Assembly: GCA_963704725.1 (NCBI GenBank)
Contig: OY969934.1
Location: 512,001-576,000, forward strand
DNA from: an uncultured Actinomycetes bacterium
GTDB lineage: Bacteria > Actinomycetota > UBA4738 > HRBIN12
DNA: 64,000 nt
Direction: 5' to 3'
This document shows, piece by piece, positions 38,009 through 47,922 of this stretch (positions within the stretch are counted from its first letter, which is position 1; each line of letters begins with the position of its first letter). The position numbers were made by a program, and so were the translations under genes. The notes below the pieces were generated by a model. It saw only the letters and a program-made list of their open reading frames with translations. It had not been told where the DNA came from and did not search any database.

Positions 38009-39340
38009 ATGAGATCGAGGCGCCGGATCGCGACGCTTGTGGCGGTGATCGCGCTGGTGGGCGCCGCCTGCTCGAACGACGGGGGCGAGGCGCAGGACGA
38101 AGGCCAGGACCAGGGGCAGGGCTCGGCCTCGCCGGAGACGACGGAGCCCGTCACGATCGAGTGGTGGCACATCCAGAACAACGACCCCGGTCTGTCGATC
38201 TGGCAGGATGCGGCGGACGCGTACATGGCCGATCATCCGAACGTCACGGTCAACGTCACGGTCCTGGAGAACGAGGCGTTCAAGGCCAAGATCACGACGA
38301 ACATGCAGGCCGGCGATCCGCCGGACCTGTTCCAGTCCTGGGGCGGTGGTGGATTGCTCGAGCAGGTCAACGCCGGGCTCGTGGCCGACATCACGGAGGC
38401 GGTCGCCCCGTGGGTCGGCGATATCAACGCCGGGGCCGCGAGCATGTACCAGGTGGACGGCCGGCAGTACGGGATCCCATTCGATCTCGGGCTGGTGGGC
38501 ATCTGGTACAACAAGGACCTCTTCGCCGAGGCCGGCATCGACTCGCCCCCCGCCACGTGGGACGACCTGCTCGCCGTCGTCGACACGCTGAAGGCCGCCG
38601 GCATCACGCCGATCGCGGTCGGCGAGGGCGACAAGTGGCCGGGCATGTTCTGGTGGGCGTACCTGTCGATCCGGATGTGCGGCGCCGACGTCATGCAGCA
38701 GGCGGCGTCCGATCCGTCCGCGTTCGAGAACCCCTGCTTCGTGCAGGCGGGCGAGAAGCTGAAGGAGTTGATCGACCAGGAGCCGTTCCAGGACGGCTTC
38801 CTCGCGACCCCGTGGGAGGGCGCGACGGGTGAAGCGGCACTGGTCGCCAACGGCCGCGCCGCCATGGACCTCATGGGCCAGTGGGCGCCCGGCACGATGA
38901 CGGCGAACGCCGAGAACGGCGAGGGCCTCGGCGAGGCGCTCGGGTGGTTCCCGTTCCCGGCCGTGGCGGACGGGGCCGGCGCCCCGACCGACGGGTTCGG
39001 CGGGGGCAACGGCTTCGCCGTCGGAGCCAACGCGCCGCTCCCGGAGACCGTCGACTTCCTGCACTACCTGGTCAGCACCGAGGTCGCGACGGAGTTCGGC
39101 GCGAGCAACAGCGGCATCCTGCCCGTCACGGTGGGAACCGAGAGCTCGGTGACCGATCCGAACCTCACGTCGCTGCTGGATGGGCGGGCGCAGGCGCAGT
39201 ACGTCCAGCTCTACCTCGACCAGGCGTTCCCGCCGGCGGTCGGCCTGGAGCTGAACGACGTCATCCAGACCCTGTACGCGGGCGACTCGACGCCGGAGGA
39301 GGTCGCGCAGGCGATCGCGGATGCCGCAGCAGCAGGCTGA
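38009..39340 (+). CDS. Sugar ABC solute-binding lipoprotein (BxlE-like)
   Basis: Lipobox VGAAC; PDLFQSWGGG, WYNKDLF, MGQWAP. Confidence 0.92.
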   Translation: MRSRRRIATLVAVIALVGAACSNDGGEAQDEGQDQGQGSASPETTEPVTIEWWHIQNNDPGLSIWQDAADAYMADHPNVTVNVTVLENEAFKAKITTNMQAGDPPDLFQSWGGGGLLEQVNAGLVADITEAVAPWVGDINAGAASMYQVDGRQYGIPFDLGLVGIWYNKDLFAEAGIDSPPATWDDLLAVVDTLKAAGITPIAVGEGDKWPGMFWWAYLSIRMCGADVMQQAASDPSAFENPCFVQAGEKLKELIDQEPFQDGFLATPWEGATGEAALVANGRAAMDLMGQWAPGTMTANAENGEGLGEALGWFPFPAVADGAGAPTDGFGGGNGFAVGANAPLPETVDFLHYLVSTEVATEFGASNSGILPVTVGTESSVTDPNLTSLLDGRAQAQYVQLYLDQAFPPAVGLELNDVIQTLYAGDSTPEEVAQAIADAAAAG

Positions 39341-40310
39341 GTTCCCCCTGCCTCGGTTGCGGGTCGCGGCGAGCGGCCCGCAACCGAGGCACCCCCGAAC
39401 ACACGAAGGTCGGAGACGTCGGCAATGGGTGACGATCGCGCTGTTCCTGGCGCCCGCGCTCGGGCTCTATCTGCTGTTCGTGGTGGCGCCGATCGTGCAG
39501 GCGACGTACTACAGCCTGTTCGACTGGAGCGGGCTTGGTCCGATCACGAACTTCGTCGGCTTGGAGAACTACCGGCGGGCGGTCACCGACACGGTCTTCC
39601 TCTCGGCGATCCGGCACAACGGGATCATCATCCTACTCTCGCTGGGGTTGCAGCTTCCGTTCGCGCTGGGGCTGGCGCTGATCCTCAACACGCGCATCCG
39701 CGGGCGGGCGATCCTGCGCCTGCTCTTCTTCGCGCCGTTCGTGGTCTCCCAGGTGGTCACCGGTGTGGTGTGGACGCTCATGTTGCAGCCCCACGGGCTC
39801 GTCGATCGCACGATGGATTCGGCCGGGCTCGGCTTCGCGGTTCAGGAGTGGCTCGCCAACCCGAAGGTGGTCCTCTACACGGTGTTCGTCGTGATCTCGT
39901 GGAAGTACTTCGGGTTCCACATGATCCTGTACCTGACGGGGCTGCAGCAGATCCCCCGCGAGCTGGCGGAGGCGGCAGCGATCGACGGCGCGACGCCGTG
40001 GCAGACGATCCGCTACGTCACGCTCCCCCTGCTCGGCCCGACGATCCGGGTGAGCGTCTTTCTTTCGATCATCGGGTCGCTACAGGTGTTCGACCTCGTG
40101 TGGGTCATGACGGGCGGCGGGCCCGTCCACGCCTCCAACACGATGACGGTCTACCTGATCGACTGGGGGTTCAAGCGGTTCCAGCTCGGCTACGGCAGTG
40201 CGGTGGCGATCATCCTGTTCGTGATCTCGCTCGTGCTCGCGTTCGTCTACCAGCGGGTCGTGATGCGGCGCGACATCGAGGGGGCCGTGACGGCGGTGGG
40301 GGTCCGGTGA
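39321..40310 (+). CDS. Sugar ABC permease (BxlF-like)
   Basis: WKYFGFHM, ELAEAAAIDGA, LGYGSA. Confidence 0.93.
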   Translation: MPQQQAEFPLPRLRVAASGPQPRHPRTHEGRRRRQWVTIALFLAPALGLYLLFVVAPIVQATYYSLFDWSGLGPITNFVGLENYRRAVTDTVFLSAIRHNGIIILLSLGLQLPFALGLALILNTRIRGRAILRLLFFAPFVVSQVVTGVVWTLMLQPHGLVDRTMDSAGLGFAVQEWLANPKVVLYTVFVVISWKYFGFHMILYLTGLQQIPRELAEAAAIDGATPWQTIRYVTLPLLGPTIRVSVFLSIIGSLQVFDLVWVMTGGGPVHASNTMTVYLIDWGFKRFQLGYGSAVAIILFVISLVLAFVYQRVVMRRDIEGAVTAVGVR

Positions 40311-41173
40311 GCGTCATCGCCTCGCCCGTCGCTGCCCGCACCCCGCGGATCCGCGGTGCCGTGGGGCGAGCTCCCATGTACGTGCTCGTGCTCTTGGTCG
40401 CGGGCGCCGTCCTGCTCCCGGTCGTGTACGCGGTCCTAGGCGGGTTCCGAACGACCGGTCAGATCGCCGCCCACCCGGTCGGCTTGCCGAGCCCGTGGAT
40501 CTTCTCCAACTACCTCGACGTCCTCGGCTCGGGCGGTTTCTGGCAGCAGGTCGGCAACAGCGCGATCATCGCCGTGCTCACGGTCGTCATGATCGTCGGG
40601 CTGGCCTCGCTCGCCGCGTTCGTCTTCGCGCGCTTCGTGTTCCGGGGCCGGGAGCTCTTCTACACGTTCTTCACGCTCGGCCTGCTGTTCCCCCTGGCCG
40701 TGGCGATCCTGCCGCTGTTCATCACGGTCCGTCAGCTCGGCCTCCTGAACACGCCATTCGGGGTGGCGCTGCCGCAGGCGGCCTTCGACCTGCCGCTCAC
40801 GATCGTGATCCTGCGGCCGTTCTTCCGCGACATCCCCGGCGAGCTCGAGGACGCCGCCGCGATCGACGGCGCCAGCGCCTTCGAGTTCTTCTGGCACATC
40901 GTCTTGCCGATGTCGCGCCCCGTTCTGGCCACCGTCGCCGTGCTGGGGATCGTGAACAGCTGGAACGCGTTCTTGCTTCCGCTCGTGGTGCTGACCGACC
41001 CGTCGCAATGGACGCTCCCGCTCGGCGTGACGAACTTCTCGACCCAGTACTCGGTGGACACGGCCCGGGTGCTGGCGTTCACGACCCTCTCGATCGTGCC
41101 GACGCTCGTGTTCTACGTCTTCGCGGAGCGACAGCTCGTGAGCGGCCTGACGGCCGGGGCGGTGAAGGGATGA
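40307..41173 (+). CDS. Sugar ABC permease (BxlG-like)
   Basis: ELEDAAAIDGA, SWNAFLLP, GLTAGAVKG; GTGA overlap. Confidence 0.93.
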   Translation: MSVIASPVAARTPRIRGAVGRAPMYVLVLLVAGAVLLPVVYAVLGGFRTTGQIAAHPVGLPSPWIFSNYLDVLGSGGFWQQVGNSAIIAVLTVVMIVGLASLAAFVFARFVFRGRELFYTFFTLGLLFPLAVAILPLFITVRQLGLLNTPFGVALPQAAFDLPLTIVILRPFFRDIPGELEDAAAIDGASAFEFFWHIVLPMSRPVLATVAVLGIVNSWNAFLLPLVVLTDPSQWTLPLGVTNFSTQYSVDTARVLAFTTLSIVPTLVFYVFAERQLVSGLTAGAVKG

Positions 41174-43551
41174 GGGCCGAGTCGCTGCCCCCGCAGGACG
41201 AGCGGCGCTATCTCGACGCGAGCCTTCCGGTCGACGAGCGGGTGCGTGACCTCCTGGACCGGATGACGCCCGAGGAGAAGCTCGCACAGCTCGGCTCGCG
41301 GTGGGTGTTCGAGGTGCTGCACGGGACTGAGTTCGACGCGGCCAAGGCGGCGACGTTGCTCGGCGCCGGCATCGGGCAGATCACGCGCGTGGGCGGCGCC
41401 ACGGACCTCCCGCCGGCGGGCGTGGCCGCGCTCGCCAATCGGATCCAGCGGTTCCTCGTCGAGGAGACGCGGCTCGGCATCCCCGCCATCGTGCACGAGG
41501 AGTGCCTCCACGGCGTCGTCGCGCGTGACGCCGTCTGCTATCCGCAGGCGATCGGCCAGGCGGCCACGTGGGACCCTCCGCTGATCGAGGCCATGGCCGC
41601 GCGGCTCGGCCGGCGGCTGCGCGAGGCGGGCGCCCACCAGGCGCTCGCGCCGGTCCTCGACGTGGCCCGCGATCCGCGGTGGGGACGCATCGAGGAGACG
41701 TTCGGTGAGGACCCCTACCTCGTGGCCGAGCTCGGGACCGCGTACGTCCGGGGTCTCCAGGGCGACGGCCCGATCGGCGAGGATTCGGTGCTCGCCACGG
41801 CCAAGCACATGGTCGGACACGGCGTGCCGGAGGGGGGACTGAACCAAGCCCCCGTGCACCTCGGCCGGCGGGAGCTGCAGGACGTGTACCTGTTCCCGTT
41901 CGAGGCGGCGGTCCGGGCGGAGGGCGTGCGCTCGGTGATGCACGCCTACGACGACGTCGATGGCGTCCCGTGCGCCGCGTCCCGAGAGCTCCTCACCACG
42001 GTCCTGCGGGAGCGGTGGGGCTTCGACGGGTTCGTGGTGGCCGACTACGCCGGGATCCACGAGCTCGTCCGGTCCCATCGCCTCGTCGAGGACCTCGGAT
42101 CCGCGGCGGCGCTGGCGCTCGAGGCGGGGATCGACGTCGAGCTCCCGTCGACCGACGCCTACGGCGCGCCGCTCGTGGAGGCGCTCGAGCGGGGCGAGGT
42201 CGAGCCGGACCTGGTCGACCGGGCGGTCGCCCGGACGCTGCGGGCGAAGTTCGAGCTCGGCCTGTTCGAGTGCCCATACGTCGACCCTCCCGAGAACGGC
42301 GGCCGGTCCGAGGAGGACCGCCGCTTGGCGCGAACGATCGCCCGACGCTCCCTCGTGTTGGTCCAGAACGACGGGACGCTCCCCCTCCGCGACGATCTCG
42401 GCGTCGTCGCCGTGATCGGTCCGAACGCCGACAGCGCCCGCAACCTCCTCGGCGACTACAGCCACGCGGCGCACGTCGAGACCCTCGTCGGGATGCGCGA
42501 CGGGGCGAATCCGTTCGGCTTCCCGATCCCCGCGGATCTGGACCTGGACCCGACCGATGACCTGCGCGGTCGCCCCACGATCCTGTCAGCGATCCGGGAC
42601 CGGGTCTCGGCCGCGACCGAGGTCCGATACGCCCCCGGCTGCACCCTCCGCGAAGGCGGCGACGACCTGATCGACGAGGCCGTGGCCTCGGCGCGCGGCG
42701 CCGACGTGGCCATCCTCGTCGTGGGTGAGCGCTCCGGTCTGACCGACGAGTGCACGTGCGGCGAGGCGCGCGACCGGCTGGACCTGGACCTGCTCGGTCG
42801 GCAGGAGGAGCTCGTTGCCGCCGTGGCGGCCACCGGGACGCCGATCGTGCTCGTCGTGGTCTCGGGCCGGCCCCTGGCCATCGCCCCCGCGGCGGAGCGC
42901 TCCGCCGCGGTGCTCCTCGCCTGGGTCCCGGGGGAGGAGGGACCGTGGGCGGTCGCCGACGTCCTGTTCGGCGACGAAGGGCCGGGTGGCAAGCTGCCGG
43001 TCACGGTGCCGCGCCACGTCGGGCAGGTCCCCATCTACTACGCGCACAAGCCGACGGGCGGCCGGTCGCGCTGGAAGGGGGACTACGTCGACGGATCGCA
43101 CCGGCCGCTGTGGCCGTTCGGCCACGGGCTCTCGTACACGCGCTTCGAGCTCGGGGCGATCGAGCTCGCCCGACCCACGGTCGCGCCCGACGGCGAGGTG
43201 TGCGTCACGATCGAGCTCGCGAACGTCGGCGATCGGGCGGGCGAGGAGGTCGTCCAGCTCTACGTCCGCGACGTCGAGGCGAGCGTGACGCGGCCCGTGA
43301 AGGAGTTGCGCGGGTTCCGCAGGGTCCGGCTGGAGCCCGGCGAGCGCCGCCGCATCACCTTCGGGTTCGCCGTGGAGCAGCTGGCGTTCACGAACCCGGA
43401 GGACGAGGTGGTCGTCGAGCCGGGCCGGGTCGAGATCATGGTCGGAACGTCGTCCGAGGAGCTTCCGCGCTCGGCGGAGGTCGAGATCGTCGGCGAGGTC
43501 ACCCGACTGCCGGAGCGGACGCGGTACGTGACCGACGTCACCGTGGAGTGA
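41170..43551 (+). CDS. GH3 beta-xylosidase/beta-glucosidase (BxlA-like), cytoplasmic
   Basis: EECLHG, RDPRWGRIEETFGEDP, AKH, VADY nucleophile, FGHGLSYT, EVVQLY. Confidence 0.93.
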   Translation: MRAESLPPQDERRYLDASLPVDERVRDLLDRMTPEEKLAQLGSRWVFEVLHGTEFDAAKAATLLGAGIGQITRVGGATDLPPAGVAALANRIQRFLVEETRLGIPAIVHEECLHGVVARDAVCYPQAIGQAATWDPPLIEAMAARLGRRLREAGAHQALAPVLDVARDPRWGRIEETFGEDPYLVAELGTAYVRGLQGDGPIGEDSVLATAKHMVGHGVPEGGLNQAPVHLGRRELQDVYLFPFEAAVRAEGVRSVMHAYDDVDGVPCAASRELLTTVLRERWGFDGFVVADYAGIHELVRSHRLVEDLGSAAALALEAGIDVELPSTDAYGAPLVEALERGEVEPDLVDRAVARTLRAKFELGLFECPYVDPPENGGRSEEDRRLARTIARRSLVLVQNDGTLPLRDDLGVVAVIGPNADSARNLLGDYSHAAHVETLVGMRDGANPFGFPIPADLDLDPTDDLRGRPTILSAIRDRVSAATEVRYAPGCTLREGGDDLIDEAVASARGADVAILVVGERSGLTDECTCGEARDRLDLDLLGRQEELVAAVAATGTPIVLVVVSGRPLAIAPAAERSAAVLLAWVPGEEGPWAVADVLFGDEGPGGKLPVTVPRHVGQVPIYYAHKPTGGRSRWKGDYVDGSHRPLWPFGHGLSYTRFELGAIELARPTVAPDGEVCVTIELANVGDRAGEEVVQLYVRDVEASVTRPVKELRGFRRVRLEPGERRRITFGFAVEQLAFTNPEDEVVVEPGRVEIMVGTSSEELPRSAEVEIVGEVTRLPERTRYVTDVTVE

Positions 43552-43565
43552 GCTCGACCGAAGCG

Positions 43566-43595
43566 GCGAGGCCGCCGCGGTCGCGGCGACCTCGC
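43566..43595. terminator. Hairpin between convergent genes
   Basis: GCGAGG-C-CGCCGCG / CGCGGCG-A-CCTCGC inverted repeat. Confidence 0.45.
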
Positions 43596-43647
43596 GCCAT
43601 CCCTCTGTGATCCGGGTCCGGACGGACCGGATCGCCTCGTTCCGCGA

Positions 43648-44859
43648 CTACGTCGACACGCGGGTCTTCGAGACGCTGGCCTCGGCCACGGAGCCGGGGG
43701 CGATCGCCGCGGCGGGAGCCGGCCGCTTCGCCTTCAGCCCGAACAGGAACCGGATCGCGTTGGTCCGTCGGACGACGAGCTCGTAGAGCCCGAGCGTCAG
43801 GCCGAACGAGACCGTGAGCAGGGCCGCGTACTTCGGCCACAGGCCGAGGTTCCACCGCACGACGACGTACGCCACGGCGATGATCACGGTCTGGTGAAGC
43901 AGGTAGAAGGGGTACGCGCCCTCGTTGGCGTAGCGGAGCACACGGTTCTCACGGTTCAGGAACGCGTGCCCCGCGCCGAGGACCGCCAGCACGCAGATCC
44001 ATGCGTTGATCTGGTAGAGCATCTCGAACCCCGTGAAGGGCAGCGAGTCCTCCGACCATGTGTCGAGGACGCCGGAGTGCTTCACGAGCAGCACGGTCGC
44101 CATCGTGGTGGCGGCGGCCGCGAGCAGCGGCTTCCACGCGCGGTGGACCCGGCCCTCGGCCCGCACGTCGGCGACGAGCAGGAAGCCGCCCACGAACAGC
44201 GCGAGCGAGTAGAAGGGGTTCTGGGGGCCGTCGTCGGGCGCCGGGAGCGCGTTGGTCAGCGCCAGGATCAGCGGCATCGCGAACAGCAGCCACGTGGCAC
44301 GGACGGGGCGCCGGCGCAGGAACGCGAACAGCGGCAGCGCGACGATCGAGAAGATGAACAGGAACATGATGAACCACAGGTGTGCCGGGGTCCATCCGCC
44401 GTAGTAGCCGGTCAGGTCGCCGGAGAAGTCCCAGTACCTCCCGAGCGAGACGTGGCGCCCGTGGAACCACCCTGCCAGGTAGGTCTGCGGCGGGACGATC
44501 ACCGCGATCCCGAACAGGAACGGGATCAGCAGCCGCTTGAAGCGCTCGCCCGCGTACTGGCCGGTGGAGCGATGGCCGAGCGCGAACCACGTGGCCGCCC
44601 CCGCCAGCACGAACAGCAGCGGCATGTGCCACGGCTCGAGCAACGCGATCACGCTCCAGGACAGGGCCCCGCTCCTCGTGGCGTTCTTCACGTAGAAGGG
44701 GTCCCACAGGTCGAACACCCGCGCCGAGTGGAACGGGATCAGCAGGAGCACGGCGCCGATCCGCAGCCAGTCCAGGTCGTGCCGGCGGACCGACGCGCTC
44801 GACCGGGGCGCGGGTCCGGCCGACGTCCGGGCCTTCGGCATCCTCTCCATGGTCTTCAT
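43648..44859 (-). CDS. Acyltransferase-3 family membrane protein (MdoC/OpgC-like)
   Basis: RRHDLDWLR, WHMPLLFVLAG, ERFKRLLIP, HLWF, YPFYLLHQ. Confidence 0.88.
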   Translation of the reverse strand: MKTMERMPKARTSAGPAPRSSASVRRHDLDWLRIGAVLLLIPFHSARVFDLWDPFYVKNATRSGALSWSVIALLEPWHMPLLFVLAGAATWFALGHRSTGQYAGERFKRLLIPFLFGIAVIVPPQTYLAGWFHGRHVSLGRYWDFSGDLTGYYGGWTPAHLWFIMFLFIFSIVALPLFAFLRRRPVRATWLLFAMPLILALTNALPAPDDGPQNPFYSLALFVGGFLLVADVRAEGRVHRAWKPLLAAAATTMATVLLVKHSGVLDTWSEDSLPFTGFEMLYQINAWICVLAVLGAGHAFLNRENRVLRYANEGAYPFYLLHQTVIIAVAYVVVRWNLGLWPKYAALLTVSFGLTLGLYELVVRRTNAIRFLFGLKAKRPAPAAAIAPGSVAEASVSKTRVST

Positions 44860-44941
44860 CCTCTCTGCCTCCCTCGTCACGACTGGCTCGATCGTGGCGG
44901 TTGGGCAGTCGGGTGTCGTCGGAGCCAGGGTCGATTCAGCC

Positions 44942-44957
44942 TCAACCCCCGGGTTGA
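44942..44957. promoter_or_regulatory. Palindrome between acyltransferase and two-component genes (possible response regulator site)
   Basis: TCAACCC-CC-GGGTTGA. Confidence 0.45.
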
Positions 44958-44992
44958 TGTCTGCCTCCGAGCGGCTCCCTACAGTGGGGACC

Positions 44993-46207
44993 ATGGACAC
45001 GCGCGGACCGCTCATGCGGCGCCTCGGCGCCCTGAACCCGCTGGTGGTCGACGTGGGACTCGCGCTCGGCCTGGCGGCGGTGACGCTGATCGAGCTGCTC
45101 ACCGCCCGCGACTGCGGCTGCTTCACCGCGGCGGAAGGCTGGTGGACCGCCGCCTTCATGCTCGCCGAGACGCTCCCGCTCGCGCTTCGGCGCCGCTATC
45201 CGTTCGCCGTGATGCAGGTCGTGGGGTACTCGGCCATCGTCTACGCTCTGCTGCAGATCCCGCCGGACCCATACACGGCGGTGTTCCCGAAGCTGCTCGC
45301 CGTCTACACCGTTTCGGCCTACGCGCGCCGGGAGTTCGCTATCGTCGCCGCCATCATCGTGGTGGTGGCGCTCGTCGTGCTCAACCTGCCGGCGATCGGG
45401 GGGAGCCCGGAATTCGGTGACGTCGTGAACCAGTTCGTCCTGCTGGGCGGGGCCTGGGTCGTGGGCGAGAACACGCGGTACCGGCGGAGGCAGGCGGAGC
45501 TCCTTCGCGAGCGGGCCGAGCACGCCGAGCGCGAACAGCGGGAGCGGGAGCACGTCGCGGCGCTCGAGGAGCGCGGCCGGCTGGCGCGTGAGATCCACGA
45601 CGTGATCGCGCACAGCGTGAGCGTCATCGCCGTGCAGGCGGGAGCGGCCCGGGCCATCGCCGAGCAGCGGCCGGACCGGGCCCGCGAGGCCCTCGGCGAC
45701 ATCGAGACCGTCAGCAAGCAGACGCTCGCCGAGCTCCGCCGGACGCTCGGCGCCCTTCGCGCACCGGCCGACGTGGGCACGTTGGATCCGGCGCCGGGGC
45801 TCGAGCGGCTCGACGAGCTCGTCGAGCAGGTGCGGCAGGCCGGGGTCTCGGTCGAGGTCGATCGCGACGGCGAGCCCAGAGCGCTTCCGTCGGGCGTCGA
45901 CCTGTCCGCCTATCGCATCGTCCAGGAGTCGCTGACGAACGCGGTGAAGCATGCCGGACCCACGACGGCCCGGGTGCGCCTGCGGTACGAGCCCGCCTGG
46001 CTCGAGGTGGTCGTCGACGACGACGGACCGGCGCCCGGGCGCGCTCCGGGGCCGAACGGCGACGAGCCGCCGGGCGGCGGCCACGGGCTGCTCGGGATGC
46101 GCGAACGGGTGTCGATGCTGGGCGGGACGTTCGAGGCGGGGCCGCGCGGGAGCGGGTTCGCGGTCCGGGCGCGGTTCCCGCTCGGGGAGCCGGGGCCGTC
46201 GTCGTGA
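44993..46207 (+). CDS. Membrane sensor histidine kinase (HisKA_3), probably leaderless
   Basis: TACAGT 7 nt before ATG 44993; ERGRLAREIHDVIAH, QESLTNAVKHA, GHGLLGMRER. Confidence 0.93.
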   Translation: MDTRGPLMRRLGALNPLVVDVGLALGLAAVTLIELLTARDCGCFTAAEGWWTAAFMLAETLPLALRRRYPFAVMQVVGYSAIVYALLQIPPDPYTAVFPKLLAVYTVSAYARREFAIVAAIIVVVALVVLNLPAIGGSPEFGDVVNQFVLLGGAWVVGENTRYRRRQAELLRERAEHAEREQREREHVAALEERGRLAREIHDVIAHSVSVIAVQAGAARAIAEQRPDRAREALGDIETVSKQTLAELRRTLGALRAPADVGTLDPAPGLERLDELVEQVRQAGVSVEVDRDGEPRALPSGVDLSAYRIVQESLTNAVKHAGPTTARVRLRYEPAWLEVVVDDDGPAPGRAPGPNGDEPPGGGHGLLGMRERVSMLGGTFEAGPRGSGFAVRARFPLGEPGPSS

Positions 46208-46884
46208 GCATCCGCGTGGTGCTCGTCGACGACCAGGCCCTCGTGCGCTCGGGGTTCCGGATGATCGTCGAGGCGCAGGAGGACATGGAGGTCGTCGGCG
46301 AGGCCGCCGACGGGCGCGAGGCCGTCGAGGAGGCGATGCGCACCCGCCCGGACGTCGTCCTCATGGACGTGCGCATGCCGCACGTCGACGGGATCGAGGC
46401 GACGCGCGCCGTCACGGATCCGTCCAGCGGGCTCGAGTCCAAGGTGTTGATCCTCACGACGTACGACCTGGACGAGTACGTCTTCCGCGGCCTGCGCGCC
46501 GGCGCGAGCGGCTTCCTGCTCAAGGACGTGGCCCCCGAGGAGCTCGTGCGCGCGATCCGCCTGGTGGCCGAGGGTGACTCGCTGCTGTCGCCCTCGATCA
46601 CGCGCCGGCTGATCGAGCAGTTCGTTCGCATGCCCGAGGTTCCGTCGACGACGCCCCCCGAGCTCGACGCCCTCACCGAGCGGGAGCGCGAGGTCCTCAC
46701 GCTGATCGGCCACGGGCTCGGCAACGCGGAGATCGCCCAGCGTCTGTACCTGAGCATGGCCACCGTGAAGACCCACGTGAACCGGGTGTTCGCCAAGCTC
46801 GGGCTCCGCGACCGGGCCCAGGCCGTCGTGCTGGCCTACGAGACCGGCGTCGTCCGCCCCGGGGATCGCGAACCGAACGCCTGA
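46204..46884 (+). CDS. NarL/LuxR family response regulator
   Basis: VDDQ, LMDVRMP, FLLKD, LTEREREVL, TVKTHV, LRDRAQAV. Confidence 0.96.
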   Translation: MSIRVVLVDDQALVRSGFRMIVEAQEDMEVVGEAADGREAVEEAMRTRPDVVLMDVRMPHVDGIEATRAVTDPSSGLESKVLILTTYDLDEYVFRGLRAGASGFLLKDVAPEELVRAIRLVAEGDSLLSPSITRRLIEQFVRMPEVPSTTPPELDALTEREREVLTLIGHGLGNAEIAQRLYLSMATVKTHVNRVFAKLGLRDRAQAVVLAYETGVVRPGDREPNA

Positions 46885-46890
46885 GTCCGA

Positions 46891-47922
46891 TCAGCCGCCG
46901 ACGCGGCTGCGGTAGGCCTCGGTGTCGTAGACCTCCTGATTCACCGGGTCGTGCGCCCGCTCGCCTCGGAGGAACGCCACGGCGTTCTCCGCGGCCATCG
47001 ACGCCATCTTGCCGCGGGTGTCGACCGAGGCGCTCGCGATGTGGGGAACGAGCACGACGTTCTCGATCTCGGCGAGCCCGGGCTCCATGCTCGGCTCCCG
47101 CTCGTAGACGTCGAGTCCCGCCCCCGCGATCCATCCCTCGCGGAGCGCTCGGACCAACGCGGCCTCGTCCACGACGGGGCCTCGGGCAGCGTTGATGAGG
47201 AACGCGCTGGGCTTCATCGTTCGCAGCCGTTCCTCGTCGAGCAGGTGTCGGGTCTCCGGCGTGAGGAGGGCGTGGATCGTGACGAAGTCGCTCTGCGCGA
47301 GCAGGTCGTCGAGGTCCGCCCACTCGGCGTGAGGCGACGCGTCGATCGCCTCGCGCGCGTACGGATCGAAGGCGAGGATCCGCATGTCGAACCCGGTGGC
47401 CCGCTTGGCGACGGCGGCGCCGATCCGACCGTAGCCGATGATGCCGAGGGTCTTGGCCTCCCCGCTCGCGCCCCGGCCGATGTCCGCCCCGAGGAACAGG
47501 TTGGGGCCCCAGATCTTGTACCGGCCTCCGACCATGTAGTTGTGGGCCTGGGGGATCCGGCGGGCCACCGCCATGACGAGCGCCCACGTGAGGTCGGCCG
47601 TGGTCTCGGTCAGCACGCCCGGGGTGTTCGAGACGGGGATGCCGAGCTCGGTGGCCGTGGCCACGTCGATGTTGTCGAACCCCACCGCCATCTGCGCCAC
47701 GCCGAGCAGCCCGGGGTTGGCCTCGAGCACCTCACGGTCGATCGGCTCGGTGAGCAGCGGCAGGAGCACGTCGCAGCTCCGCACGCCGTCGAGCAGCGTG
47801 GCACGGTCGACGCCGGCGTCCTCGACCTCCTGGCTGACGACGAAGCTCACGTCCGCGTCCCGCAGGACCTGCAGGCCGGGCTGGGGGATCTTGCGCGTGA
47901 CGAAGACCTGGACGTCGCTCAT
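46891..47922 (-). CDS. D-glycerate dehydrogenase / glyoxylate-hydroxypyruvate reductase
   Basis: VGFDNID, NTPGVLTETTAD, GYGRIG, NAARG, DVYERE, PHIAS. Confidence 0.92.
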   Translation of the reverse strand: MSDVQVFVTRKIPQPGLQVLRDADVSFVVSQEVEDAGVDRATLLDGVRSCDVLLPLLTEPIDREVLEANPGLLGVAQMAVGFDNIDVATATELGIPVSNTPGVLTETTADLTWALVMAVARRIPQAHNYMVGGRYKIWGPNLFLGADIGRGASGEAKTLGIIGYGRIGAAVAKRATGFDMRILAFDPYAREAIDASPHAEWADLDDLLAQSDFVTIHALLTPETRHLLDEERLRTMKPSAFLINAARGPVVDEAALVRALREGWIAGAGLDVYEREPSMEPGLAEIENVVLVPHIASASVDTRGKMASMAAENAVAFLRGERAHDPVNQEVYDTEAYRSRVGG

